Source of the DNA: a virus
Lineage: Duplodnaviria > Caudoviricetes
Length of the DNA stretch: 35,768 bases
IMG/VR virus record: IMGVR_UViG_3300032218_000317
Span: 1-35,768 of that record
Reading direction: 5' to 3' (one strand)
A program made the translations under genes and the position numbers. Below are positions 17,682 through 25,519 of this stretch, in pieces (positions within the stretch are counted from its first letter, which is position 1; each line of letters starts with the position of its first letter). The notes beneath the pieces are model-generated. The model ran no database searches and was not told the origin of the DNA. It was given only the letters and a program-made list of their open reading frames with translations.

Positions 17682-17686
17682 TAGTC

Positions 17687-17715
17687 TTGATAAATATATT
17701 ATTTTTATGTAAGAT
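17687..17715 (+). promoter_or_regulatory. Rightward sigma70-type promoter giving a probably leaderless cro-like mRNA
   Basis: TTGATA-17 nt-TAAGAT; ATG follows 6 nt later with no SD. Confidence 0.65.
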
Positions 17716-17721
17716 TGACGC

Positions 17722-17991
17722 ATGAATACAACATTAGCACTTACAGACGCACAAATGATAGGTCTTTTGGGGGGCGCTAAAGCTGTTGCAAACCTTTTTA
17801 AAATTGATGTTGCGGCTGTTAATCAATGGAAGGTCAATGGTATTCCGCTTAACAGACTAGTATTTTTGGCGGCAGAAATTGAAAAACAATCACATGGTTT
17901 GGTTACTCGTAAAGATATGTTTCCAAAACTAGCATTTTATGTATGGCCTGAACTTGTGCCAAAAAACAACAGTTTTATTGAAAGAGAATAG
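17722..17991 (+). CDS. Cro/YdaS-like HTH regulator
   Basis: LGGAKAVANLFKID.AAVNQW..NGIP..R and terminal WPEL motif. Confidence 0.85.
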   Translation: MNTTLALTDAQMIGLLGGAKAVANLFKIDVAAVNQWKVNGIPLNRLVFLAAEIEKQSHGLVTRKDMFPKLAFYVWPELVPKNNSFIERE

Positions 17992-18006
17992 TGTAGAATC
18001 AGTACC

Positions 18007-18198
18007 CCTTATGCTGGCGGCTTTAACAACATCGTGGCGGCATAAGGTTTAGCGTTACCAGAGGGAAGAGGCTGAAACAGCGCAATATGGGTGGCGAAGA
18101 TAGTGCCCATGCCTCGCAAGACTGTCGGGTGATGCGATTCCTCAATGGAAGCATTTGAAGGCACACTTAGGTAGGCTAGGTGTGCTTAAACCTCTTGG
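18007..18198 (+). ncRNA. Candidate large multibranch non-coding RNA
   Basis: At least six helices in an ORF-free gap; multiple G.U pairs favour the + strand. Confidence 0.65.
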
Positions 18199-18296
18199 AA
18201 GTTGTTTTTAAACAACTAAGGATAAATACTAATAGCTATAACTAAAATTTACTAAGAAACTAAAAGAACTCAATAACGAGTTAAAAGGGGAATTAA

Positions 18297-18581
18297 ATGA
18301 AATCATTAGTAATAATTAACGTTTTATTTTCATGCGCAGTCAACGCACAAACAATTCAGTTAACTGATAATCGTGTTTACAGTCAAGGAACTGTGCAAAT
18401 TAACGGCAACACCGCACAATTTGTAAACCCAATGGGTTACACAACTCAGACTGCTACAATATATCCTAACCAAGTTGTAATCACGACACCGAATGGTTAT
18501 ACACAAAGCGTTGTTGGAAACCCAGGTTACACAGTGCCGCTTAGCCCACCAACACCAGCAAGTCCGAGGGTAATGCAATGA
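18297..18581 (+). CDS. Putative exported protein
   Basis: Signal-peptide-like N-terminus (..AVNA/Q), beta-rich body; AAAAGGGGAA RBS. Confidence 0.65.
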   Translation: MKSLVIINVLFSCAVNAQTIQLTDNRVYSQGTVQINGNTAQFVNPMGYTTQTATIYPNQVVITTPNGYTQSVVGNPGYTVPLSPPTPASPRVMQ

Positions 18582-18778
18582 AATTATTTAGTAAATTATT
18601 TGAAAAGCCTAAAAAAACTTATACAAAAAAAATTGTTACTTGTTCAAAACATGGTGTTGTGCCTAATTATGTAATTTCTGTTTTTGGAAGTAGAAATTAT
18701 GATATTTGTTGGGATTGTATTGGTGAGTTTGGTTCGCAATACTGCACTACACAAACTATTGAGTCAGAGGGAGAATAA
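18578..18778 (+). CDS. Hypothetical protein with CxxH/CxxC
   Basis: 66 aa, overlapping start and stop with both neighbours; AT-rich. Confidence 0.6.
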   Translation: MKLFSKLFEKPKKTYTKKIVTCSKHGVVPNYVISVFGSRNYDICWDCIGEFGSQYCTTQTIESEGE

Positions 18779-19149
18779 TGTTTGATGAATTCTGGTCTTT
18801 ATATCCACGAAAAATTGCTAAAGCAACTGCAAGAAAAGCCTGGGGCAAGTTATCAGCAGAACAACAGCTTATGGCTGCAAAAGCTATTAACGCACATTGC
18901 CAATACTGGAAAGCAAAAGAAACTGAATTAGAATTTATACCTCACCCATCTACCTGGCTTAATGGCGAACGATGGGAAGATGAAATAGTAATAGAACCTA
19001 AGAAAGAAAAAATTGATAAGAGGTGGATGTTTTCTAACGAAGGTATTGAAGCGAAAGCTAGAGAACTTGGTGTGCTTGGAACTGGTTATGATTCATACGA
19101 CAGCCTTAAACGCAAATGTATGAACAAGCTAAACATGAGTGTGGAGTAA
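18778..19149 (+). CDS. Protein resembling the C-terminal domain of phage replication initiators
   Basis: FDEFWSLYPRKIAK..A.KAW.KL..FIPHPSTWLNGERWEDE. Confidence 0.7.
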   Translation: MFDEFWSLYPRKIAKATARKAWGKLSAEQQLMAAKAINAHCQYWKAKETELEFIPHPSTWLNGERWEDEIVIEPKKEKIDKRWMFSNEGIEAKARELGVLGTGYDSYDSLKRKCMNKLNMSVE

Positions 19150-19331
19150 GGTATTTATGTCATCTTAGACATAAAAAAGGGTTGTCTTGGTTTAGAAATT
19201 ACATTAGTGAAAAGAATTTTAGCCAAGCATTATTAAACGATTTTTACGACCAATGGAAATTGGGTAACAAAGGGGAATGGGGATGTTGGAAAAATACATT
19301 GTTGCAGCAACAGGGCTTGGGTATTTGGTAG
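19116..19331 (+). CDS. Hypothetical protein
   Basis: 71-aa ORF, KHECGVRYL..QWKLGNKG. Confidence 0.55.
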   Translation: MYEQAKHECGVRYLCHLRHKKGLSWFRNYISEKNFSQALLNDFYDQWKLGNKGEWGCWKNTLLQQQGLGIW

Positions 19332-19429
19332 TTGGCCTAGCACAATACTTCAAAGGTTCATTGTCTAATGGTTTAATTTGGATTGGCTATGCTGCCGCCC
19401 AAGTTGGTTTATGGATGAATCTAAAATGA
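19283..19429 (+). CDS. Small two-TM membrane protein, 48 aa (not in the ORF track)
   Basis: MLEKYIVAATGLGYLVVGLAQYFKGSLSNGLIWIGYAAAQVGLWMNLK; AAAGGGGAA RBS; ATGA overlap with the next gene. Confidence 0.65.
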   Translation: MLEKYIVAATGLGYLVVGLAQYFKGSLSNGLIWIGYAAAQVGLWMNLK

Positions 19430-20022
19430 AAATATTAGTAGCGTGTGAGTTTAGTGGCACGGTTCGTGATGCGTTCATTAGGGGGGGGCATGAAGCCATG
19501 AGTTGTGACTTAGAATCTTGTGATACGCCAGGACCACATTACAGAGGCGATGTAATGGATATTATTGGCGCTGGTTGGGATTTAATGATTGCACATCCAC
19601 CATGCACACATTTAGCTGTTAGTGGCGCTAGACATTTTGCTAAAAAACAAGCAGATGGTCGGCAGCAACAAGGTATTGATTTTTTTATGGCATTAGCTAA
19701 TTCGAACATACCACGCTACGCCATTGAAAACCCAATAGGAATTATGAGTAGCAAATGGCGTAAGCCTGACCAAATAGTAAACCCTTGGGAATATGGTCAT
19801 AGCGTGACTAAAGCGACTTGTTTATGGCTTAAAAATTTACCTTTATTGCAACCTACAAATGTAGTAGACAAAGGAAAAGTTTGGGTTGCTAAAAGCGGTA
19901 AACGAATGAGTCAATGGTATTACGACAGCAGTTGTTTGCCGCCAAAAGACAGGGAAAAAATGCGTAACAAAACATTTCAAGGTATAGCTGACGCTATGGC
20001 CCAGCAATGGGGTAATTTATGA
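19426..20022 (+). CDS. DNA cytosine-C5 methyltransferase-like protein
   Basis: Start at ATG 19426 (MKILVACEFSG); WDLMIAHPPCT (PC motif), IENP, R.KTF.GIA.AMA.QW. Confidence 0.8.
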   Translation: MKILVACEFSGTVRDAFIRGGHEAMSCDLESCDTPGPHYRGDVMDIIGAGWDLMIAHPPCTHLAVSGARHFAKKQADGRQQQGIDFFMALANSNIPRYAIENPIGIMSSKWRKPDQIVNPWEYGHSVTKATCLWLKNLPLLQPTNVVDKGKVWVAKSGKRMSQWYYDSSCLPPKDREKMRNKTFQGIADAMAQQWGNL

Positions 20023-20342
20023 AAGACCCAAATGATGCGATTGATTTCATATTCAAGACAGCGCCAATGTATGCAAAAGCTAAGGGAGAACTCGCCCAGC
20101 TTGAAGCGTTTAAGAGTTCTCTTAAGGCGATTAAAATGGCACAAACAGACGAACAAAGTTTGGGCGCACAAGAACGAGAAGCTTATCGAAGCCAAGAGTA
20201 TCAAGATTTATGCAAAGCGATTGGAGTTGCTACGGAACAGGCGGAAGCTTTACGCTGGCAATTAGAGGCAGCTAAGATGAGGTTCGAAGCCTGGCGCAGC
20301 CAAGAAGCAAGTAACAGAAATATTGAAAGAATGACTAAATGA
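20019..20342 (+). CDS. Helical coiled-coil protein (possibly UvsY-like)
   Basis: 107 aa, all-helical, AQEREAY..Y..WRSQEAS. Confidence 0.55.
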   Translation: MKDPNDAIDFIFKTAPMYAKAKGELAQLEAFKSSLKAIKMAQTDEQSLGAQEREAYRSQEYQDLCKAIGVATEQAEALRWQLEAAKMRFEAWRSQEASNRNIERMTK

Positions 20343-20518
20343 CCGACTATTGCGAACCATATTTAAAAATACAACAATTGCTTAAGGCCTATCACAACGC
20401 AACGCTTAAAGGTAATTTTGAAAAAGCCACTAAGATTGCCCATGACCTTGCAGACCAAACAATTAAATTGGAAATTGCAAGCATTAAACAACTTAAAAAC
20501 CAATGGGTTAACCAATGA
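20339..20518 (+). CDS. Hypothetical protein, 59 aa (not in the ORF track)
   Basis: MTDYCEPYLKIQQLL...; ATGA overlaps on both sides. Confidence 0.7.
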   Translation: MTDYCEPYLKIQQLLKAYHNATLKGNFEKATKIAHDLADQTIKLEIASIKQLKNQWVNQ

Positions 20519-20883
20519 AATCGTTGCGGTCAACATTGGCTTTAAAGGCTGATTATGGTGATTTGATTGGGCTTATACCTAGCAATCCTAAATTTTCTCC
20601 AAGTGATTTAGATGGTATATGCGAACGCAAAGGTTACTTTTTAGTAATGGAGTGGAAACGCCCAGGAGAAAAAGCAAGCGATGGTCAAAAGCGTTTGTTG
20701 CAAGCATTGGCTGCAAACCCTAGATTCATGGTTGTAGTTGTCATTGGCAACACCGACAACGGCACAGTAGTTGATGAGTTTTGGCAATATGCGCCTGATG
20801 GTAAATGCTTTTTAGCTGGCAAAGGATTTAATTCTTTTAAAGAGTTTTATCGTTTATGGTATGAATTTGCAGATGGTCACTAA
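20515..20883 (+). CDS. PD-(D/E)XK-fold nuclease-like protein
   Basis: PSDLDG..FLVMEWK..S.GQ..LL motif. Confidence 0.6.
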   Translation: MKSLRSTLALKADYGDLIGLIPSNPKFSPSDLDGICERKGYFLVMEWKRPGEKASDGQKRLLQALAANPRFMVVVVIGNTDNGTVVDEFWQYAPDGKCFLAGKGFNSFKEFYRLWYEFADGH

Positions 20884-21160
20884 AAATGAAAAGAACGCAT
20901 ATCGTAAGATTGCAGAACTCGGATGTATTCTCTGTGCCACCAAGCTTGGGTTTGAAGGCACTCCGTCAGAACTCCATCACATTCGCAGGTATGGAACTAA
21001 ACGGTCTACATCCCCTTGCATCCCATTATGCCCAGAACACCATCGTGGAAACTCTGGTGTTCACGGATTGGGTCACAAAGGTTTTGCAAATAAATGGGGC
21101 ATTACCGAGGAGGAGTTGCTGGAACGAGTCAATCAAAAACTTGGAAAGGGAAATGAGTGA
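20873..21160 (+). CDS. Ref/HNH-like zinc-binding nuclease
   Basis: GCILC..ELHHIR..IPLCPEHH..GVH. Confidence 0.75.
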   Translation: MVTKNEKNAYRKIAELGCILCATKLGFEGTPSELHHIRRYGTKRSTSPCIPLCPEHHRGNSGVHGLGHKGFANKWGITEEELLERVNQKLGKGNE

Positions 21161-21225
21161 ATGATATTTTTTTAGCTTTTGGAGTATTGGTGATGTTGTT
21201 ACCAGCAATTGCCGTATGGATAAGT

Positions 21226-21579
21226 CTACAACTCTAATGGGTCAAAGCCCAATTCTTTACCAATTTGGTGCGCCCTGCGCCTAAATGTAGCATCATGCTT
21301 TAACCAAGCATCCGTAATAGTGCCACTTCTACTCATGTGAATCATTTCATGGGCTACAGTTTTAATTGTAGTTTCCAAAAACCCACATCTTGCTGCAGAA
21401 ATGGTAATCGTATGTTCATGTTTCTCCCCCTCATCATACATATATGTGCCCATAGTATCAGGGTCATAGTCAACTATGAATTTAATTTCTTCTGGCAATG
21501 GAAGTTTCCATTTTGAAAACGGTTCGCAACAATACAAAGTTGCGTATATGTTTTTAAGAATGGTTGGAGTGAGTTTCAT
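21226..21579 (-). CDS. SprT-like zinc metalloprotease domain protein
   Basis: HEMIH plus downstream H..F. Confidence 0.75.
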   Translation of the reverse strand: MKLTPTILKNIYATLYCCEPFSKWKLPLPEEIKFIVDYDPDTMGTYMYDEGEKHEHTITISAARCGFLETTIKTVAHEMIHMSRSGTITDAWLKHDATFRRRAHQIGKELGFDPLEL

Positions 21580-22535
21580 ACTTTATGAATCTTGCCTCTA
21601 AATTCGACTTCATCCTCGCCCCAAACTCTAACCATTTCTGGTTGAAGTAGTTTGCTGCGTTCAAATGAAAGCATCACAAACCCTGAATTCCAATCTTTAG
21701 GCGTGTCTTCAGTATAAGCAAATTGTTGCCCATTGGGGTCAGCTAGCGTGCCTGTTTGAACACCCCAGCGTGTGCCGTTATAGTCATTAAAAGGAATGGC
21801 AGACAAAACATGGGTATGCCCTGTAATCATATTTACACCAGCATTAACTGCGTTGTTTCTGCCACCAGTCCAGCCACCCTTCCAGCGATGTTTAATGCAA
21901 GTATCTTCGTTTACCCAAAATGACCAGCATGGTTGCCACATAGGAAAATAGTCACGCAATGAAGTGCCAAACACGCCCTCAAAAGTAGGCAAGTTGGCAA
22001 TAATGGACATTTCTAAGCGTTGGTCATGGTTTCCCATAGGCCAAAACAACTTAGCACCTTTGGCTACAGATTCAATTTCGCCCAAAAAATACTGACAGGC
22101 TTCTAATTCTTCTTTAACGCTAGGAACTTTATTCCAATCTTGGCGTGGGAAGCGGCTTAAATTCGCCCCATCAAGCGCATCGCCATTACAGACTATGGCG
22201 GTAGGCTTAAACTCTTTAATCATTTCTAAGAGGGCTTTAAACGCTGTGGTGGTATCGTCAGGCCAGAAGTGTGCATCGCTAAATACAATGACTCTGCCTT
22301 TTTCTATTTCCATGCCTCTGCGAACATGACCAGGTGTTTGGTCAATCTTTTTTACATAGGCTGGATTTTTGCTAGCAAATGTATCTAATTTGATACCATG
22401 CCTAGCTTCAATGTTTCTGCGCCTAGAATAAACATTTCTAATAGAAATTTTGTTTATTTTTGAAAATTCGTCTGGACTGCCAATCTTATTCCAAGATTCA
22501 ATCCATTCTTCATCTGTTAACCAGTAACCAGCCAT
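21576..22535 (-). CDS. Calcineurin-like metallophosphoesterase
   Basis: SDAH, NGD..D, GNHD, GHTH motifs. Confidence 0.9.
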   Translation of the reverse strand: MAGYWLTDEEWIESWNKIGSPDEFSKINKISIRNVYSRRRNIEARHGIKLDTFASKNPAYVKKIDQTPGHVRRGMEIEKGRVIVFSDAHFWPDDTTTAFKALLEMIKEFKPTAIVCNGDALDGANLSRFPRQDWNKVPSVKEELEACQYFLGEIESVAKGAKLFWPMGNHDQRLEMSIIANLPTFEGVFGTSLRDYFPMWQPCWSFWVNEDTCIKHRWKGGWTGGRNNAVNAGVNMITGHTHVLSAIPFNDYNGTRWGVQTGTLADPNGQQFAYTEDTPKDWNSGFVMLSFERSKLLQPEMVRVWGEDEVEFRGKIHKV

Positions 22536-22580
22536 TCAATTCCCCTTATACTGTAAGTTGCTAAACACTAACATATTATT

Positions 22581-22862
22581 ATGTCTTATATCAAAAAAGT
22601 TGATAAAAATCAAAAGGATGTTGTAAAAGCACTACGAGATTATGGTGCTGATGTATTCCTTTTGCATACAGTCGGTGGAGGAATCCCTGACTTATTGGTT
22701 TGCTACGAAGAACAAACCATTTTAATGGAAGTCAAAGATGGCGCAGATAAAAAGTTGACACCCCAACAAATTACGCTGTTTGCTGGTTGGAAAGGTGGCC
22801 CGCTTCATCGAGTAAATTCCGTGCAAGAAGCCGTAGAAGTGCTAAAATTGTATGAAATTTAA
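22581..22862 (+). CDS. VRR-NUC/resolvase-like nuclease
   Basis: VDKNQ..GIPDLLV..LMEVKD..LTPQQ. Confidence 0.8.
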   Translation: MSYIKKVDKNQKDVVKALRDYGADVFLLHTVGGGIPDLLVCYEEQTILMEVKDGADKKLTPQQITLFAGWKGGPLHRVNSVQEAVEVLKLYEI

Positions 22863-22871
22863 AGGTGTCTT

Positions 22872-23237
22872 ATGAATGAAACCCAAAATGTCGCTTTGTT
22901 TGCTGCTACTCTTTTGCATAGCAGCACAAATACTCATTTCTTTCATTGGGCAACAAATTCTTACTCACAGCATAAAGCTTTGGGCAAATACTATGATGAA
23001 ATTATTGAACTTGTAGATGATTATGTAGAAGCCTATATGGGTTGCTACGAACAAGTAAAAGAGTTCCCAAGCGTCTATCATCAGCCAAAAGAACCGCTTA
23101 AGTATTTAGAATCATTAAAGAATTTTGTCGCAGAAGCAAATAACGACCTGCCAAAAGAACAAGAGTTGGTTAATATTGTTGCAGAAATACAACAGTTAAT
23201 TGATTCGACCATTTACAAACTCAAATACCTCAAATAA
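22872..23237 (+). CDS. Ferritin/Dps-like four-helix protein (DUF5856-like)
   Basis: HFFHW.T.SYSQHKALG.YY..D.YVE.YMG..YKLKYL. Confidence 0.75.
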   Translation: MNETQNVALFAATLLHSSTNTHFFHWATNSYSQHKALGKYYDEIIELVDDYVEAYMGCYEQVKEFPSVYHQPKEPLKYLESLKNFVAEANNDLPKEQELVNIVAEIQQLIDSTIYKLKYLK

Positions 23238-23245
23238 GGATTGCC

Positions 23246-23437
23246 ATGCCACTCGATAAATCTGGAAGCGCCCAAAGCGTAGGCAAAAACATCAAAGCCG
23301 AAGAAAAAGCTGGCAAACCACGCAAACAAGCCGTGGCTATCGCTTTAAATGTAGAACGAGATAATGCTAAAGGTAAGCGTAAAGCCAAGTTGGAAGAGGC
23401 TTATGGCAAGTTCCTGGGCAAACGAGAGGAAATGTAA
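23246..23437 (+). CDS. Small basic phage protein
   Basis: MPL..NIK.E..GKPRKQAVAIAL; AAGGA RBS. Confidence 0.7.
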   Translation: MPLDKSGSAQSVGKNIKAEEKAGKPRKQAVAIALNVERDNAKGKRKAKLEEAYGKFLGKREEM

Positions 23438-23601
23438 TGTTTAAGCTAGCTAGCGTGGCAGGCCGCAAAGATAACAAAAAACCTGAAGAAACTGTTAATA
23501 GCAAAGACGACATTATCAATAAAAAGATAAATGAACGCCTAAAGCGTAAAGAAGCCCTTGCTAAAGCTATGAACAAAATCCACGACCCAGACATCGCCTA
23601 A
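23437..23601 (+). CDS. Small basic protein, 54 aa (not in the ORF track)
   Basis: TAATG overlap and GAGGA RBS; MFKLASVAGRKDNKKPEE...HDPDIA. Confidence 0.6.
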   Translation: MFKLASVAGRKDNKKPEETVNSKDDIINKKINERLKRKEALAKAMNKIHDPDIA

Positions 23602-23690
23602 ATTCCAAATCAATATCAAAATTCCAATACCCTACGGAAATTGCCATAGTCAAGCAAATTCCAAAAGGGTATGAGAATTCCAAAACCCTA
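23601..23690. repeat. Phased AATTCCAA direct repeats
   Basis: Copies at 23601, 23620, 23657, 23676 and a variant AATTGCCA at 23639. Confidence 0.75.
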
Positions 23691-23701
23691 TCAAAAAAGT
23701 A

Positions 23702-23875
23702 TTACCCTCCCATCATCTGCTTAAATTGTAGGCAAGCCATTGGAATATGCTTAGGCGGTATCTGAACCCCTGTTTCCCACCTAGTATAAGTAACACGATG
23801 CACCCCAAGCAATGCAGCCGCCCCCGTTTGGGTAAGCCCTAACCCCATGCGCCACTTGCGCAAGTTGTAATCCAT
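23702..23875 (-). CDS. XRE-family HTH protein
   Basis: Start at ATG 23875 with GGAG RBS; LRKWR..LGLTQ..AA.LLGV...TY.RWE.G. Confidence 0.85.
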   Translation of the reverse strand: MDYNLRKWRMGLGLTQTGAAALLGVHRVTYTRWETGVQIPPKHIPMACLQFKQMMGG

Positions 23876-23887
23876 AAAATACTCCGC

Positions 23888-23912
23888 AAAAAAGAAGGGG
23901 AACAAGTCCCCT
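23888..23912 (-). terminator. Rho-independent terminator upstream of the XRE gene
   Basis: AGGGGA-CTTGT-TCCCCT followed by TCTTTTTT on the minus strand. Confidence 0.65.
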
Positions 23913-23917
23913 ATAAG

Positions 23918-24175
23918 TTAATAATCTAGGCCAGCACAATCCATCATTAGCGATTGATTAGCTATAAGCAAAGACCTAAGACCCTTAGCAGCACGCTTTA
24001 AGTGGTAGCGGTTAATCTCAGGCTTTTCTAACTCTTCCAAGATTAGATATAGAACGCCCTGGGCTTCGTCTCCATCGTCATAAGCCATATATAAGGCATT
24101 AGTCAGAATAGCTACTTGCCTATCTAATTCCTGTAGTTTGGTCAGTTTTTTAGGTGCTGCGGTTTTTGTAGTCAT
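23918..24175 (-). CDS. Hypothetical early protein
   Basis: 85 aa; AAAAGGGGAA RBS. Confidence 0.7.
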   Translation of the reverse strand: MTTKTAAPKKLTKLQELDRQVAILTNALYMAYDDGDEAQGVLYLILEELEKPEINRYHLKRAAKGLRSLLIANQSLMMDCAGLDY

Positions 24176-24176
24176 A

Positions 24177-24341
24177 TCATTCCCCTTTTAAAAGATTAAA
24201 TACTGCATTTTTTAGGTCAATTGCGTTTTCCATCATGTAGCCCGAATAATTCATTGAATCGCTTCTAGAATAGGGTTCTAAATCCCTTTCAATAGCCAAA
24301 ATTAGTTCCTTTACTTCCTGTAGTCTTTTTTCTTGCGTCAT
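24177..24341 (-). CDS. Hypothetical early protein, 54 aa (not in the ORF track)
   Basis: MTQEKRLQEVKELILAIERD...; AAGGAG RBS. Confidence 0.65.
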   Translation of the reverse strand: MTQEKRLQEVKELILAIERDLEPYSRSDSMNYSGYMMENAIDLKNAVFNLLKGE

Positions 24342-24451
24342 AACAATGACTCCTTTTTATTTGTTGATACCCAAGCGTTAAAAGATAAGGCCGTAAGACC
24401 TTGTTTAGCGCATAAGTAGCAGTAAGCCGAATATTTGTCGTTTATTGACAT
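24338..24451 (-). CDS. Hypothetical early protein, 37 aa
   Basis: MSINDKYSAYCYLCAKQG...; AAGGA RBS; ATGA overlap downstream. Confidence 0.55.
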   Translation of the reverse strand: MSINDKYSAYCYLCAKQGLTALSFNAWVSTNKKESLL

Positions 24452-24453
24452 AT

Positions 24454-24627
24454 TCAATCCTTCGCAAAACAAGCTTTGAAGTCCCATTGTGGGCGCTGCT
24501 GCTTTGCGTCTGCTGCTGCATCTTTGCAAGTCTTAAAGGCATTTGTAGACCACGCATACCAGAGGCCGCTAGGCTTTTTGTAGTAAACATGGATTTTTCG
24601 TGGATAAACCTTAAAATCTGTTCTCAT
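24454..24627 (-). CDS. Hypothetical early protein, 57 aa (not in the ORF track)
   Basis: MRTDFKVYPRKIHVYYKK...; AAAAGGGGAA RBS. Confidence 0.65.
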   Translation of the reverse strand: MRTDFKVYPRKIHVYYKKPSGLWYAWSTNAFKTCKDAAADAKQQRPQWDFKACFAKD

Positions 24628-24629
24628 TC

Positions 24630-24839
24630 TTATTCCCCTTTTAATAATGGATATTTTTCAATCATTGATTCGTCTGCCTCGCAAACATCGTCAATCTGCC
24701 AATCACAATCGTTTAGTTCTACAAAGTCCCCTCCATCTAAGCCAATAGCCAGTTCGTAGGCTTTTTCTTCAGATTCAGCTTCAATATTGACAGCGTAGTA
24801 AGTAATTTGTGAAGTCATTACACGATAAATCTTAGTCAT
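24630..24839 (-). CDS. Acidic small protein (DpnD/PcfM-like pattern)
   Basis: Y.V..V.IEAESEE.A; AAGGGGAAA RBS. Confidence 0.65.
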   Translation of the reverse strand: MTKIYRVMTSQITYYAVNIEAESEEKAYELAIGLDGGDFVELNDCDWQIDDVCEADESMIEKYPLLKGE

Positions 24840-24886
24840 AGTATTTCCCCTTAATGAAATGGGCTAAAAATGCCCTTTAAATGCGT

Positions 24887-24976
24887 TTAAATGATGCCTT
24901 TGAGTGTAAGCAGCCATACAAACTGCGCCACGCCCAAAAGAAGTAGAGAAAGAATCACCGCTTGCCAGTTTTTCAT
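24887..24976 (-). CDS. Single-TM peptide, 29 aa (not in the ORF track)
   Basis: MKNWQAVILSLLLLGVAQFVWLLTLKGII; GGAG RBS. Confidence 0.55.
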   Translation of the reverse strand: MKNWQAVILSLLLLGVAQFVWLLTLKGII

Positions 24977-24977
24977 G

Positions 24978-25205
24978 TTAAATACTCCAAATAGTGTCTA
25001 AGGTAGGACTGCCGTAATGAGTGCCAATAGTTGCGTTTACTTCTTTGCCATCGTAGTTAGTAACGCAGTAACCATGACTAGAATCAACAGCAGTCTTACA
25101 GGTATAACCACCAATACTCAATAAGTAGCGTGGATTACCATTAACACTGCTTGGAAGGCGTTTGAGAATTTCTAGTTTGCCCTGATGTTTTTTAATGTTT
25201 CTCAT
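24978..25205 (-). CDS. Hypothetical early protein
   Basis: Start placed at ATG 25205; SVNGNPRY motif. Confidence 0.65.
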   Translation of the reverse strand: MRNIKKHQGKLEILKRLPSSVNGNPRYLLSIGGYTCKTAVDSSHGYCVTNYDGKEVNATIGTHYGSPTLDTIWSI

Positions 25206-25207
25206 AA

Positions 25208-25519
25208 TTAAATCCAACGATGTTTGAGGTTTAAGCCAGTAGCGTTATTGATTCTGTCTACTAGGTGGAATCCCATATCCATACCGCAACCTTTAACTAC
25301 TAGACCATCGTGTTTACCTAAGCGTAAGCCTAATGCTTCACCTACTAAGTAGTCGTAATGGTATAAATTGCCATCTTCAATAGTCTTAATGCTGATTTCC
25401 CTAGACATTCCAGAAGATGAGACATGACGAATGACTGTATAGATGGTGTCTACATTCTTTAAGTTTTTAGCTAAGTCAAATAGTGCATCTTGCTGCGCTT
25501 GTGCTTTAGTTTGTTTCAT
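25208..25519 (-). CDS. Phage hypothetical early protein
   Basis: IYTVIRHVSSSGMSR..GCGMDMGFHLV; AAAGGGGA RBS. Confidence 0.75.
   Translation of the reverse strand: MKQTKAQAQQDALFDLAKNLKNVDTIYTVIRHVSSSGMSREISIKTIEDGNLYHYDYLVGEALGLRLGKHDGLVVKGCGMDMGFHLVDRINNATGLNLKHRWI

Noticed and set aside
23541-23555. 15-nt identity (AAAGCGTAAAGAAGC) with the minus-strand hairpin loop at about 15658-15672
   Set aside because: A single A-rich 15-mer match is plausible by chance in a genome this size, and both copies are sense-oriented in their transcripts, so they cannot pair.
23601-23690. CRISPR mini-array
   Set aside because: Repeats of 8 nt and spacers of about 11 nt are far too short, and there are no cas genes.
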